Source of the DNA: Acidobacteriota bacterium
GTDB taxonomy: Bacteria; Acidobacteriota; Vicinamibacteria; Vicinamibacterales; CAVVIG01
Length of the DNA: 64,000 nucleotides
Reading direction: 5' to 3'
Assembly (NCBI GenBank): GCA_046726355.1
Contig: JBKPAI010000124.1
Coordinates: 24,468 to 88,467 of the forward strand
Position 1 is the first letter of the stretch. Every line of letters starts with the position of its first letter. The notes under the pieces are model-generated. The model saw only the letters and a list, made by a program, of their open reading frames with translations. It had not been told where the DNA came from and ran no database searches. Below are positions 44,352 to 54,600 of the stretch, piece by piece. The position numbers and the translations under genes were made by a program.

Positions 44352-46289
44352 TCACGGCAGCGCGAACGCGACCAGCGCATCGCTCAACTTCCCTTCCGGA
44401 ACCTTCGCGTGGCCTCCGGCAGCGACGACGACGTATTGCTTGCCGCCGCGAATGCGATAGGTCATCGGCGTCGCGTTGCCGGTGGCCGGCAGCTCGCCCG
44501 CCCACAGCTCTCGTCCCGACTCGATATCGAACGCGCGGATGTGCGGGTCGAGCGTGCCGGCGACGAACACCAGGCCGCCGGCTGTGACGATCGGGCCGCC
44601 GATATTGACAGCGCCCGGCGGCAGCGCGCCGCGGCTGCCGCCGAAGCCCTGCATCGAGCCGAGCGGCACCTGCCAGCGCAGCGTGCCATGCAAAAGGTCG
44701 ACGGCGGTGAGCTGTCCCCACGGCGGCGGGTTGCACGGCAGGCCCGATGCGGCCTGCAGGAAACGTCGCGCCATACCGTACGCTGTGCCCGCTTGCGGCG
44801 CGAATTCCGATCGGTCGGCGTTGGCGCGCGCTTCCTGCGCGAAGCGCTCGCGCGCGATCAGCCGGACTCTGGCCGGCAGATCGTTGGTGTTGACGACGAG
44901 GAGCCCGCGCTCCGGATCGGCGGCGAACCCGCTCCAGTTCATCCCCCCGAGATTGCCGGGAAAGACGAGCGTGCCGCGAACGCTGGGCGGCGTGAACAGA
45001 CCTTCGTTCCTGAGTCCGGCAATCGCCTCCCGGCAGGCTGTCTGTTCCTCGGGCGTGACGCCCCACGCCTCGTCTGGTCCGAGATGCTGTCGCGCGACGG
45101 CAGGCGGTGCGGTCGGAAACGGCTGCGTCGGCCATGCCACTTCTCCAGGGACGTCGCTCGCGGGCACGCGCCGCTCCTCGACCGGAAAGACCGGCCGTCC
45201 GGTGTCGCGGTGCAGCACGTAGAGGAACCCGGTTTTGTTGCCGGCCACGACGACCGGCGTGCGACGTCCACCGCGCCCGATCGTCGTGAGCAGCGGCGGC
45301 GCCGCCGTGTCGTAGTCCCACAGATCGTGGTGGACCAGCTGAAATCCCCACGCGACCTCACCGGTCGCGGCGCGGAGCGCGACGACCGAGTTCGCCCAGC
45401 GGTTGTCGCCGGGCCGCAACGCGCCGAGGTAATCGGGGCTGGCGCTGCCGGTGGGTACGAACACCAGGTGCCGGTCGGGATCGACAGCCATCACCGACCA
45501 GGCATTGGCCGCGCCGGCACGGGCTCCGGCGGGGATCGGATCCCAGGTCCAGCGCAGAGCACCATTGCGGGCGTCGAACGCGCGGACGACACCGCTCGGC
45601 ATGTCCGACGCGCCGTTGTCGTCGATGGCCGATCCGACGATGACGAGGCCTTCGATCACGGCCGGTGGCGAGGTCATGTGGTAGACGCCCTGTCGGTACC
45701 CGGGGACGCCGGAGAGCGCGACCTGGCCGGCTTCGCCGAAGTCGGCACAAGGCCGCCCGGTGGCGGAATCGAGGGCGACCAGCCGCGCGTCGAGCGTCGC
45801 CTCGTAGATGCGGCGGCGGCACGGCTGGCCCGCGGGACGCGACGCATCCAGCCAGCTGGCAACGCCGCGATTGATCAGGCCGTCGCCGAAATTCCAGCTC
45901 GCATCGATGCGCGGGTCCCAGGACCAGCGCTCGGCGCCGGTTTCCGGGTCGAGCGCCACGACCCGGTTGAGCCCCGTTGTCAGATACAGAGAGCCGTCGA
46001 CGACAATCGGCGTCGTCTCGAAGCCGGTACGCCGGTTGCCGCCTTGGTCGCGGACGTCGCCGGTGTGAAACGTCCACGCCACCCGCAGTCGAGAGACATT
46101 CGTGCGGTTGATCTCCGCCAGCGGCGAAAATCGCAGCCCGCCGGGATCGTGGCCGTAGGAGGGCCAGTCGTCCGACTCTGCGGGTGCGGAGGTGAGCCGC
46201 AACACGAGCCCGGCGGCGGCAGCGATAGCGACCATCGCGGCAACGATCTGCGTTCCGCGAACGGCGGCACGTGTCTGCATCGAAACCAT
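44352..46289 (-). CDS. PQQ-dependent dehydrogenase (glucose/quinate/shikimate type beta-propeller)
   Basis: N-terminal TM/signal, then DWPSYGHDPGGLRFSPL...VAWTFHTGD... and repeated W-motif propeller blades. No vicinal Cys-Cys, which argues against the methanol/ethanol type. Confidence 0.85.
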   Translation of the reverse strand: MVSMQTRAAVRGTQIVAAMVAIAAAAGLVLRLTSAPAESDDWPSYGHDPGGLRFSPLAEINRTNVSRLRVAWTFHTGDVRDQGGNRRTGFETTPIVVDGSLYLTTGLNRVVALDPETGAERWSWDPRIDASWNFGDGLINRGVASWLDASRPAGQPCRRRIYEATLDARLVALDSATGRPCADFGEAGQVALSGVPGYRQGVYHMTSPPAVIEGLVIVGSAIDDNGASDMPSGVVRAFDARNGALRWTWDPIPAGARAGAANAWSVMAVDPDRHLVFVPTGSASPDYLGALRPGDNRWANSVVALRAATGEVAWGFQLVHHDLWDYDTAAPPLLTTIGRGGRRTPVVVAGNKTGFLYVLHRDTGRPVFPVEERRVPASDVPGEVAWPTQPFPTAPPAVARQHLGPDEAWGVTPEEQTACREAIAGLRNEGLFTPPSVRGTLVFPGNLGGMNWSGFAADPERGLLVVNTNDLPARVRLIARERFAQEARANADRSEFAPQAGTAYGMARRFLQAASGLPCNPPPWGQLTAVDLLHGTLRWQVPLGSMQGFGGSRGALPPGAVNIGGPIVTAGGLVFVAGTLDPHIRAFDIESGRELWAGELPATGNATPMTYRIRGGKQYVVVAAGGHAKVPEGKLSDALVAFALP

Positions 46290-46390
46290 CCTGTGAACGA
46301 CGGGACGGTAAGCCTATCAAAAGAAGTCGGCCTGGTCCCAAGGTGCACGCCCATGACCCCGGTCCGCCTGTACTTCCGCGCTGCGCGCTG

Positions 46391-46843
46391 CGGCGTGCGT
46401 ACTACAGCAGCTTCGTCATCCAGCCGATGATGATCGACGTGCTGGAGGCGTGCCATGACGAGATGCCCGCCCGGAAGGAGCTCGCTGCGCGTGAGATGGA
46501 GCGCGCCCGGCGCTTCGACGGCATCCAGGAGCGCCTGATTGCGCCGGACGGCACGTTCCCGCCAATCGGCCGATCGATCGCGTATCGCTGCGGGGCGTTT
46601 CACCTGCTCGCCCAGCGGGCGCTGCGCCGCGCGCTCCCCGACGGCGTGACGCCGGCGCAGGTGCGCGACGCGCTGACTGCCGCGTTTCGGCGGTCGTCGA
46701 CGGCCGCGGAAACGTTCGAGTGGGAGGGATGGCTGCGCATCGGCCTGTGCGGACATCAGCCGGGTGTCGGTGAGTCCTTCATCTCGACCGGGAGCCTGCA
46801 TCGCCGGCCAAATGCAGCCGGGTTTCACCACGGGCTGCTCTAG
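46391..46843 (+). pseudogene. 3' remnant of a larger gene (possibly DUF2264-like)
   Basis: The protein-like frame (...AYYSSFVIQPMMIDVLEA...FPPIGRSIAYRCGAFHLL...GHQPGVGESFISTGSL...) has no plausible N-terminus. Its upstream part runs into the divergent PQQ gene. Family assignment is from memory only. Confidence 0.3.
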
Positions 46844-48066
46844 GCCACCGCCGGGGCACTGAAGTGCTGCTGCACGACCAGCGTCACGGCGCCGCGCAGG
46901 CGCGGTTGCGTGGCGGGATCCGTCGGCACGATGCGTGTCGTCGCATGCGGCAGCGATCGCCGCTTGACCTCATCGATCACGATTGGCCCGACATGATTCC
47001 AGACATCGGTCAGTTTGCCCACGATCACGATCAATTCCGGCGCAAGACCTGTCGCAAGGCCGGCGATGCCAATTCCGAGAAAGCGGGCCATGCGCTCGAG
47101 CGCCTCTAGCGCCCGACGGTCGCCTCCCTCCGCGAGCATGATGATGTCCTCGAAGCGGGGCCGCGACGCCGCGCCCGACCCGTCGCGGCCGCCGCCTTCC
47201 AGGTAGTACCGCACGGCCGCCGAGTTGGACGCATAGCGCTCCCAGCACCCGCGCTTGCCGCACGAGCACGGCGGCCCGGCGTCGTCGATGCTGACGTGGC
47301 CGAACTCGCCGCCCATCGCATTCGCGCCGTGCACCAGCTGTCCGTTCAAAAGGAGCCCCACGCCGATCCCCTCGGAGACGGTGATTGCCACCAGGTGTCT
47401 GAGGTGTTCCGATTGATGGCCGAACCACAGCTCCGCGAGTGCGCATGCATTCGCGGCGTTTTCGACCGCGACCGGCATTGCCACGGCCGTCTCGAGGGCG
47501 GCCTTCAAATCGACGTCTTGCCAGCCAAGATTGGGCACAAAGATGAGGCGGCCGGAATCATTCACGCGACCGGGAAGACTGACGCCCATGCCTTCGCAGA
47601 CGATGCGGGGATGGGCGCTGCGCAGGGCGGCAACCGTCCGCGCCAGCTCGCGCACGAACCGCTGCGGTTCCGGCGGAGTGGGCCATGACGTCTGCGCCAC
47701 GAAGCGTGCGTCCACGCCGGCGAGGCCGACCGTCGTCGTCTCCGGGCGCAGGTCGACGCCGATAATTCCCGCCCGCTCGACATTGAGGTGAAGAAAGCGC
47801 GGACGACGTCCGCGCGGCGCTCGACCGATGGCGCCTTCAGTCACCCAACCTTCGTCGATCAGCTGATCGACGATGGCCGACACGGTGCTGCGCTGCAGAC
47901 CCGAGCGCCGCGCCAGGTCGGCGCGCGACATCGGCTGATGCCGGCGCAGGAAGTTGAGCGCAATCCGGCGGTTGATCTGGCGCGCGGTTTCGCTGGTGGC
48001 GACTTGAAAGTTCGTCAGATCGATCTTCCGCATACTGTGTGAGACCTGTCGCACCGACTGGACCAT
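46840..48066 (-). CDS. ROK-family transcriptional regulator
   Basis: N-terminal wHTH (...MSRADLARRSGLQRSTVSAIVDQLIDEGWV), ROK sugar-kinase fold, zinc motif GHVSIDDAGPPCSCGKRGCWERY. Confidence 0.85.
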   Translation of the reverse strand: MVQSVRQVSHSMRKIDLTNFQVATSETARQINRRIALNFLRRHQPMSRADLARRSGLQRSTVSAIVDQLIDEGWVTEGAIGRAPRGRRPRFLHLNVERAGIIGVDLRPETTTVGLAGVDARFVAQTSWPTPPEPQRFVRELARTVAALRSAHPRIVCEGMGVSLPGRVNDSGRLIFVPNLGWQDVDLKAALETAVAMPVAVENAANACALAELWFGHQSEHLRHLVAITVSEGIGVGLLLNGQLVHGANAMGGEFGHVSIDDAGPPCSCGKRGCWERYASNSAAVRYYLEGGGRDGSGAASRPRFEDIIMLAEGGDRRALEALERMARFLGIGIAGLATGLAPELIVIVGKLTDVWNHVGPIVIDEVKRRSLPHATTRIVPTDPATQPRLRGAVTLVVQQHFSAPAVA

Positions 48067-48084
48067 TGCGCGATTATGTCGTCA

Positions 48085-49665
48085 TCAGAACGACAGCCGC
48101 AGTCCGAAGCGCAGGTTCCGCTCACCCGTCCCGGTGGTCGATGTAATGAACCCGAACGTCCCCGCGTTCGAGATGTCGCCTCCGGGGTTCGCCAAATTCG
48201 CATGGTTGAGGACGTTGGTCGCCTCGGCGCGGAACTGCAGCCTCACGCGGTCGAGCGCAACCGTGCGGAACAGCCCGAAGTCGATGTTCCAGAATCCCGG
48301 CCCCCGGATCGGATTCCGTCCTGAGTGACCGAAACGCTGCGGCTGGTCGGCGGGGATGTTCACGGCCGCGTCTGCGCTGCGATCGAAGTACTCGTTGCCC
48401 GCCGGTCACCTTGAAGTCGTTGTTGTCGCGCTTGAAGTCTTCGGTGCCCTGCGCGCGGTAGTTGTTGGTGAAACCGGTCCCGTTGTTAAGAAGCGGCAGC
48501 CGTCGAGTCAGCTCCACGGCGGCCGGATCGAACCGGTTCTGCGGAATGACATTTCCGGGGAACGGCGTGCGCAGCGCCGGGTCGGGGTTCGAGGCGGGAT
48601 CGTAAATCGTGACACCAGTGGCGCTGAAGTCGCCGCGGCGGAGCGCGTCGGTGGCGAGGCTGAACTCCCGGATGGGGCGCGATGTTCTCCCGTCTCGTGC
48701 GCTCCCAGTTGGCGAAGAAGAACAGCTTGTTCTTCATGATCGGACCACCGAGGTTGCCGCCGAACTGGTTCAGGTACCCGGCCGGCTTGGGCGCGTTCGG
48801 CGCGAGGAAGAAATTCCGCGCGCAGGTCGTAATCCGAGTTGTAGCCCCAGGCCGTGCCGCGAACGTTATTCGTTCCCGACTTGATGACGACGTTGATCGA
48901 TGCTCCGCCGGCCAGGCCCTGCTCCGCGTTGAAGGAGTTGGTGGCAATGCTCACCTCCTCGATCGCTTCTGCCGAGGGCACGTACGCGGTGTTCGTCGGG
49001 AGCCACGGATAGACGATGCTGGCGCCGTCGAGGCGCGTATTGTTCTGCAGCCGCGACACGCCGTTGACGTTGAACGAGATCGACCGCTGCGGGCTGCCGG
49101 CGGCGGAGTTCTGTTCGCCCGCCAGGACGGCGCCGGGAACCAGCGTCATCTGGTAATTCCGTCCCGCGCTTCCCGTCAACGGGAGATCGTTGATCTGCCG
49201 TGCGGTCTGGGTGATGTGAATGTCGCCGCGATCCGTCTGCAGGACCGGGGAAGTGCCGATCACCTCCGCCGTCTCGAGGACCCCGGCGAGCTCGAGGCGT
49301 GCGTCCACACGCAACACCGCGTTGCTTGCCAGACGTGCATCCTTCTGCGTCGCGGGCCGGAAGCCGGCCAGCTGGATGGTGATGCTGTAGGTCCCAGGCT
49401 GGAGATCGCTCAGCAGGTACGCTCCACGTTCGTCGGTGGTCGCGCTCTTGAGCACACCGGTTTCCGTGTTGACAACCTCGACGGTCGCCCCCGGAAGCGC
49501 GGCTCCGGTCTGGTCCGAAACGTTGCCCGTGATCGAGCCGTCATCCCGAAGCAAAGTCGAGGGATGGAGGCCTGACGGCCTGCGCGGGAAGGGGTCGCCG
49601 GCCGATGTATCCGCATGTTCTGAAGAGCTGCACGGACAACCGACCGGACGGGCCGGAACTGCCAA
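48085..49665 (-). pseudogene. decayed CarboxypepD_reg-type TonB-dependent receptor (several frameshifts, large internal deletion)
   Basis: Receptor-like sequence is split over 4 overlapping ORFs in 3 frames. The segments are: GSITGNVSDQTGAALPGATVEVVNTETG...SGTNNVRGTAWGYN; RNFFLAPNAPKPAGYLNQFGGNLGGPIMKNKLFFFANWER; ELTRRLPLLNNGTGFTNNYRAQGTEDFKRDNNDFKV; and GRNPIRGPGFWNIDFGLFR...NLRFGLRLSF. Total ~1.6 kb, versus at least 2.5 kb for the intact paralog. Confidence 0.75.
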
Positions 49666-49677
49666 CTCCTGGGACGG

Positions 49678-49899
49678 ATGGGCAGCGGCTATTTGTTCAA
49701 GACTTGGATTAGTGAGAATGTCTGGGGTTCATCCGGACGGAACCTTATCGTGCGGACAGGGTCGCGCCCGCCATATCACCGGCACGTCATCATCGCGGCC
49801 ACAATCGACGAAGACGGCCGCGTCATGTTGGCGGAGGTAGGCCGAGCCGTCGAAATGCTCGACGCCGCGGCTCTCGACGCGGTGAAGCAGTGGCAGTAG
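49678..49899 (+). pseudogene. TonB C-terminal-domain remnant truncated at a REP element
   Basis: ...HVIIAATIDEDGRVMLAEVGRAVEMLDAAALDAVKQWQ* fits the TonB_C pattern (G.V....I..dG.V........LD.AAl.AvkqW) but lacks the N-terminal TM/Pro-rich region. The stop TAG lies within the GTAG terminus of the REP at 49896. Confidence 0.45.
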
Positions 49900-50018
49900 C
49901 CCGCCTTCAGGCTGACCCGGCCGGCCAATCGCCGGACGATGCAGGCCTTCAGGCCTGCCGTCCCGAGGCGGACTTAAGGTCCGCACTACATCTGGACAGG
50001 TGTAGTGCGGACGTCCGT
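49896..50018. repeat. GC-rich REP-like element (one full plus one partial copy)
   Basis: GTAGCCCGCCTTCAGGCTGA...GATGCAGGCCTTCAGGCCTGCC...GGACTTAAGGTCCGCACTAC, then GTGTAGTGCGGACGTCCG. Confidence 0.8.
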
Positions 50019-50019
50019 C

Positions 50020-51324
50020 TCACTCGAAGTTCCCGCGGATGCCCTGGAATCCGTGCCGTGCCTGCTTGAACATCCACTGGATGACGCGGCGATCGTTGTA
50101 GCAGTAGCCGACAATGTGGTTGAGCGTCGAGAAGCAGTGGCGCTCGCACGACTCCTTCATCTCGCGGAGCTGCCTGGTGTCGAACTTGTGCGATCCGACG
50201 ACGCCCCAGTCGTAGGTGGCCGAGTACATGGGGAAACAGGGGGCCAGCGTGCCGTCGACGCGGATGATGAGCGTGTTCTGGCCGGCGCGGCAGTTCCACG
50301 GCTCGAGGTCCCCGCGCATGAACTGCTTCATCTGCGCCAGCCGCTCGACCGAATTGGTCATGCCGTACCCTGCCTTCTGCTTCTCGATCAGCCAGTCAAG
50401 CACCTTGTCGACCGCGGCGTGGTCCTCGGCGCGGATGTAAGTCGGATTGTCATCGAGGTGCTTGAAGTGGCTCTGCTCGAGCAGCGGCATCTCGTTGATG
50501 TGGTAGTCGGTCGAGATCTTGTGGGCGTGTGCGATCTCGGTCAGCTCCTTCACGTCGTCGAGATTGTTGCGGCAGATGTTGATGTTGAAGAACACCGTGT
50601 AGCCGTAGCGGTACTGCTTCTTCACGAGATAGTCGAAGTAGCTGCGGATCGGATTGAGCGCCTTCGGCAGCCCGGGCTTCTCGTCGACCGCGTCGACGGC
50701 CAGGTTGAAGGTGGACACGCCGGCATCCGCCAGCCAGTCGATGACCTGCGGTTTCAGCAGACGGCCATTCGTGGGGATGTAGATGTAGAAGCCTTTCTGC
50801 GCCGCGTAGTCGACGATCTTGTGAACGAAATTCGGCCGCAGCAGCACTTCGCCGCCCATGAGTGCGAGCACCCGGCAGGTGGTCGAGTGCAGCCAGTCGA
50901 TCGACGCCTTCGCCAGCTCCTCGGTCATCCCCTTCACGCGGTTGTCGAACGAGTAGCAGTAATGGCAGTCGAGATTGCACTTGTACTCGGTGAACAGGTA
51001 GGCGACGATGGGATGGAAATTGCCGGGCAGCAGGCGCGACTTGACATACGGAAACGCCCAGCCGTGCATGGCGTGATAAATCTGCTTCGGCGTCCAATGC
51101 CGCTCACCGTCACCCGGCCAGGGATCGTCGGGCAGCAGCTCCGGCCGGCGCGGAAACACCGGCTCGGGCAGCCCGCCGTTTCCGGCGAATGCCTGGACAA
51201 CGGCCGGGTGCGGCGGTTGATCGGGCCGCCGGGAAGGGTTGCTCTGCAGATGCACGGTGAGCGGGAACGAGGGCGGCGGCACGCTCGGCGGCGACTGGGT
51301 CGAACCGGAAGTCTGAATCGGCAT
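50020..51324 (-). CDS. radical SAM protein with Cys-rich (SPASM-like) C-terminal region
   Basis: CNLDCHYC (CX3CX2C) in ...IVAYLFTEYKCNLDCHYCYSFDN.... C-terminal ...CRAGQNTLIIRVDGTLAPCFPMY...CERHCFSTLNHIVGYCY. The Pro-rich ~70-aa N-terminus makes the start uncertain. Confidence 0.85.
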   Translation of the reverse strand: MPIQTSGSTQSPPSVPPPSFPLTVHLQSNPSRRPDQPPHPAVVQAFAGNGGLPEPVFPRRPELLPDDPWPGDGERHWTPKQIYHAMHGWAFPYVKSRLLPGNFHPIVAYLFTEYKCNLDCHYCYSFDNRVKGMTEELAKASIDWLHSTTCRVLALMGGEVLLRPNFVHKIVDYAAQKGFYIYIPTNGRLLKPQVIDWLADAGVSTFNLAVDAVDEKPGLPKALNPIRSYFDYLVKKQYRYGYTVFFNINICRNNLDDVKELTEIAHAHKISTDYHINEMPLLEQSHFKHLDDNPTYIRAEDHAAVDKVLDWLIEKQKAGYGMTNSVERLAQMKQFMRGDLEPWNCRAGQNTLIIRVDGTLAPCFPMYSATYDWGVVGSHKFDTRQLREMKESCERHCFSTLNHIVGYCYNDRRVIQWMFKQARHGFQGIRGNFE

Positions 51325-51337
51325 TCTAATCCTCGCG

Positions 51338-51422
51338 GACGCTACCAGAGGACGCGGAGGACGCGGATGGTCAATCGCGAAACCAGCAGGATTTTCCCTC
51401 CTTGTCCTCGATGTCTTCTGCG
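51338..51422. repeat. hairpin element with GCGGAGGAC units
   Basis: ccagaGGACGCGGAGGACGCGGatgg ... tccctccttgtcctcgatgtcttctgcg. It lies between the small ORF and the radical SAM start. Confidence 0.7.
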
Positions 51423-51439
51423 TTTGAAATTATTCGTGT

Positions 51440-51613
51440 TCAGGTGATGCCGGTCGTGTCGCGCCGTGACGCCCACGTGTCGTTCGGTTTCACGGCAACG
51501 ATGCGGCTGGCGACGATCGGCTCGAGGGCGATCGCCGCCAGTGCCTCCTCTATCACCGCTCCGATGACGCTGACGTTCCGGGTAATCAGAACGTCGGGCC
51601 CGGGCGCTCTCAC
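51440..51613 (-). CDS. unannotated 57-codon ORF, GTGA-coupled to the activase gene
   Basis: Hand translation: (M)RAPGPDVLITRNVSVIGAVIEEALAAIALEPIVASRIVAVKPNDTWASRRDTTGIT*. GTG (51613-51611) overlaps the TGA (51612-51610) of the upstream gene. GC3 is 48/57 (84%), versus about 50% in the alternative tracked frame. Below the 60-aa track cutoff. Confidence 0.5.
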   Translation of the reverse strand: MRAPGPDVLITRNVSVIGAVIEEALAAIALEPIVASRIVAVKPNDTWASRRDTTGIT

Positions 51614-54600
51614 GCATGAAGAGTCGGAGCCGGACCGCTCGACTGGCCCAGGATCGGCAGCAGCTTCGCCGGCACCGCCTTCTCGCGCTGGCGCGTGGCC
51701 AGGTCGGCAAACTCGTGCTCCCGCGTCAACTGCTCGCGCAGCTGCCGTTCGTACTCCGCCACCTGCCGCTCGATCTCCTCGTTCGAGGGCTTGTTCATGT
51801 GCTCGGCATACCGCTTGAGGAAATAGTGAATCGTCTCGACGCGAATCCTGATCGACCCCGTCGGCTTGTTCTCGTCGACGTCCTTGAACGAGAAGTACGG
51901 CGTACCCGATCGCTCGATGATCGATTCAATCGTCGTATAGATCGGCGCGTCGTGCCCGCATTTGAAGCTTGAGAGCTCGAGCGCCACCAGGTTCGGGTGC
52001 CGCGCGGTGAACTTGGCCGCCCACACCTTGTGGTTCGTGCTGGCGGAATAGCTGTTCTTCCAGACGTCCTGGATCTCCAGCGGGCTCCGGATCGTCCCTG
52101 CCCTGACCTCCGCGCCGAACAGACGTTCCAGCAGATCCTCGTCGAGCGGCAGAGTGCTCTGCGAAAACACCGGATAGCCGAGCTTCTGGAACTCTTCGAG
52201 GATTTCGTGGTTCAGCCCCGGATCGTGATGGTAGGGGCGCGCAAGCAGTACGATGCCGATCCGGTTTTCGCGTTCGAGCTGGTCCAGCACCTCGCGGGCG
52301 CGCGTCCGGATGTCGTTCTCGTAGGCCGCCAGCTCGCGGAACCCGACGTCGATGGCGCGCGCGTTCTCCTCCGCCGAGAGGCCGAGGAGCGGCTCCAGCG
52401 CCTGGAGCAGCTGCTGGCCGAGCAGCTTGCGATCCGAGAAGTCGAGCAGCGGGTCGAGATAGGTCACTCCCTGCTCGGCGAAGACGTTCGCTTCCTTCGT
52501 GAACGCCGCCTTGACGGTATTGGGCGTGACCGTGACCGTGGGACAGGCATTCGACCCTTGCAGGTGCACGAGCGGCGTGTGGAGCTTGTCGATCATCGGG
52601 AAGAAGACGGCGTCGAGCTTCTTCTTGGCGTGCTTCGTGAACAACAGGTTGTGCACGTGCGCGATGCCGATCTTGGCCGGGAAACACGGATCGATCGCGC
52701 CGCGGCCCGATCCCACACGGTACAAATCGCCGCTGGTGAAGTCCGAGTACACGAGATTGCCGCCCGGCACGCCCAGCGATTCAAAATAGGCGCTGAAGAA
52801 CGGCGCGTAGACGTACATGTTCAGCACGCGCGGCATGCCGATCCGGAGCGCCTCGCGGCCCTGCAGCAGCTCCATGCGTCTGCGGGCGGTCTTGGTCCAG
52901 GCGCGCGACGGGATCGGATCGGCGACGCGCTCCGGTTTGCGTGGATTCCAGACTTCCTTCGCCGCAATATCGACGAAGTTCGGGTTCGCCTTCTTGACCG
53001 CATCGAGCCCCGCCTTGATGCCGCGCATTGCGTCGACGTCCTCGACGGTCCCCTTCTCACAGGTCGCGATGATCAGCCGCTGCTCGTCATCCGCCTTCGG
53101 CACCTTCGAGAGGAACTTGACCGGCGCCGCCTTGACCGCGTTGACCTCCGCCGCGACCGCCTCCGCCGGAGTCATCTTGATGTCGATGAACGTCCGGAGA
53201 CAGTTGTTCTTGCAGAAGTTGCACCGCGTCGACTCGTTGCGGGTGGTCCGGTAGGTGATGCGCCGCACCGCTTCGAGACCGATGAACTGTGTACGGTGAC
53301 CGTTGTTCCACAGGCGCCGCGCCTCGACCGCCGCGCCGATGGCGCCGGATTCGCCGCAGTGCTCGTGCACGATGATCTCGGGCTCCACCTCGGAGCCGCG
53401 GAAGTTCGACCGGATGAAGTCGACTTCGGCCTTCACCGCCGCCAGGTTGTGCTGCGTGCCGCCTTGCAGCACGAACCGCGTGCCGAGCTTGGCCAGGTTC
53501 GGAATACTCGCGACGTAGAGAAAGATGTTCTTCGGCAGCACCGCCGCCAGACCGGCGAGAATTTCTTCGGGCGCCCATCCCTGGCGCTGGAAGTTGACGA
53601 TGTCCGACTGCATGAACACCGCACATCCGTACCCGAACATCGGCATCGCTGTCGCGCTGAACGCGCGCTCGGCGAACTCCTTGATCGGGATGCCGAACGT
53701 CTCGGCGGTCGACTGCAGGAAGTAGCCATTGCCCGCAGAGCACTGGGTATTGAGCTTGAAATCCTTGACCCGCCCGTCGGTGAGGACGATCAACTTGATG
53801 TCCTGGCCCCCGACGTCGACGATGACGTGCGGGTCCTTGTAATACTTGACGGCGGATTCGGTGTGAGCGACCGTCTCGACGAGGGCGGCATCGGCTGCGA
53901 GCACGTCCTTGAGGACGTCCTTCGCGTATCCGGTGGTGCCCACGCCCAGAACCTCCAGCTCGGCCCCCTGCGATTCCACCTGCGCACGGAGCTCGTCGAA
54001 GATGTCGATCGTGTCCTGGATCGGATTCCCTTTGGAGAGCTGGTACGCCTTGCAGAGCACGTCGCCGTCGGTCGAGAGCAACACACCCTTGGTCGACGTT
54101 GATCCGCCGTCGATGCCGACGAAGGCGGCGACCCTGTCGCCCGCGGAGAATGCAGCGGGCGTAAAGCGCTTCGGCGTGTACTGAATCTTGAACGCCTCGA
54201 GCTCCTCCGCCGAGGTGCTCAGGCCGCGGCCGCCGGCGGCGGCCTTCTCTTCGAGTCGACCGACCGTGATGTAGCGATCCAGTGCCGACGCGCCGGCATA
54301 ACGGCCGACCGAGTCGTCTTCGTCCTTGCCGAACTCAATGGCGCCGAGCGCCGCGAAATACTGCGCGTTGTCCGGCGTCTTGATGAGCGTCTCCGGCGAT
54401 TCCCCGTCGGGGATCTCGACCCCGCGCTCGGCCCACATCTTGGGGATGTTGTGCTGCCACGCCTCGCGCATGCCGCGGATGAAGGTGTTCGGCCCGCCGA
54501 GCAGCAGGACGTGCGGCCGCAGCGTGTGGCCGCGGGTGAGCACCGTCAGGTTCTGCAGCACGATCGCGTCGAAGAGCGAGGCCATCAGCTCGTCGGACGG

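Noticed and set aside
44409-46430. 673-aa plus-strand ORF opposite the PQQ dehydrogenase.
   Set aside because: Same high-GC antisense artefact. The minus-strand frame carries the PQQ propeller motifs, and this frame reads as Arg/Gly/Asp-rich nonsense.
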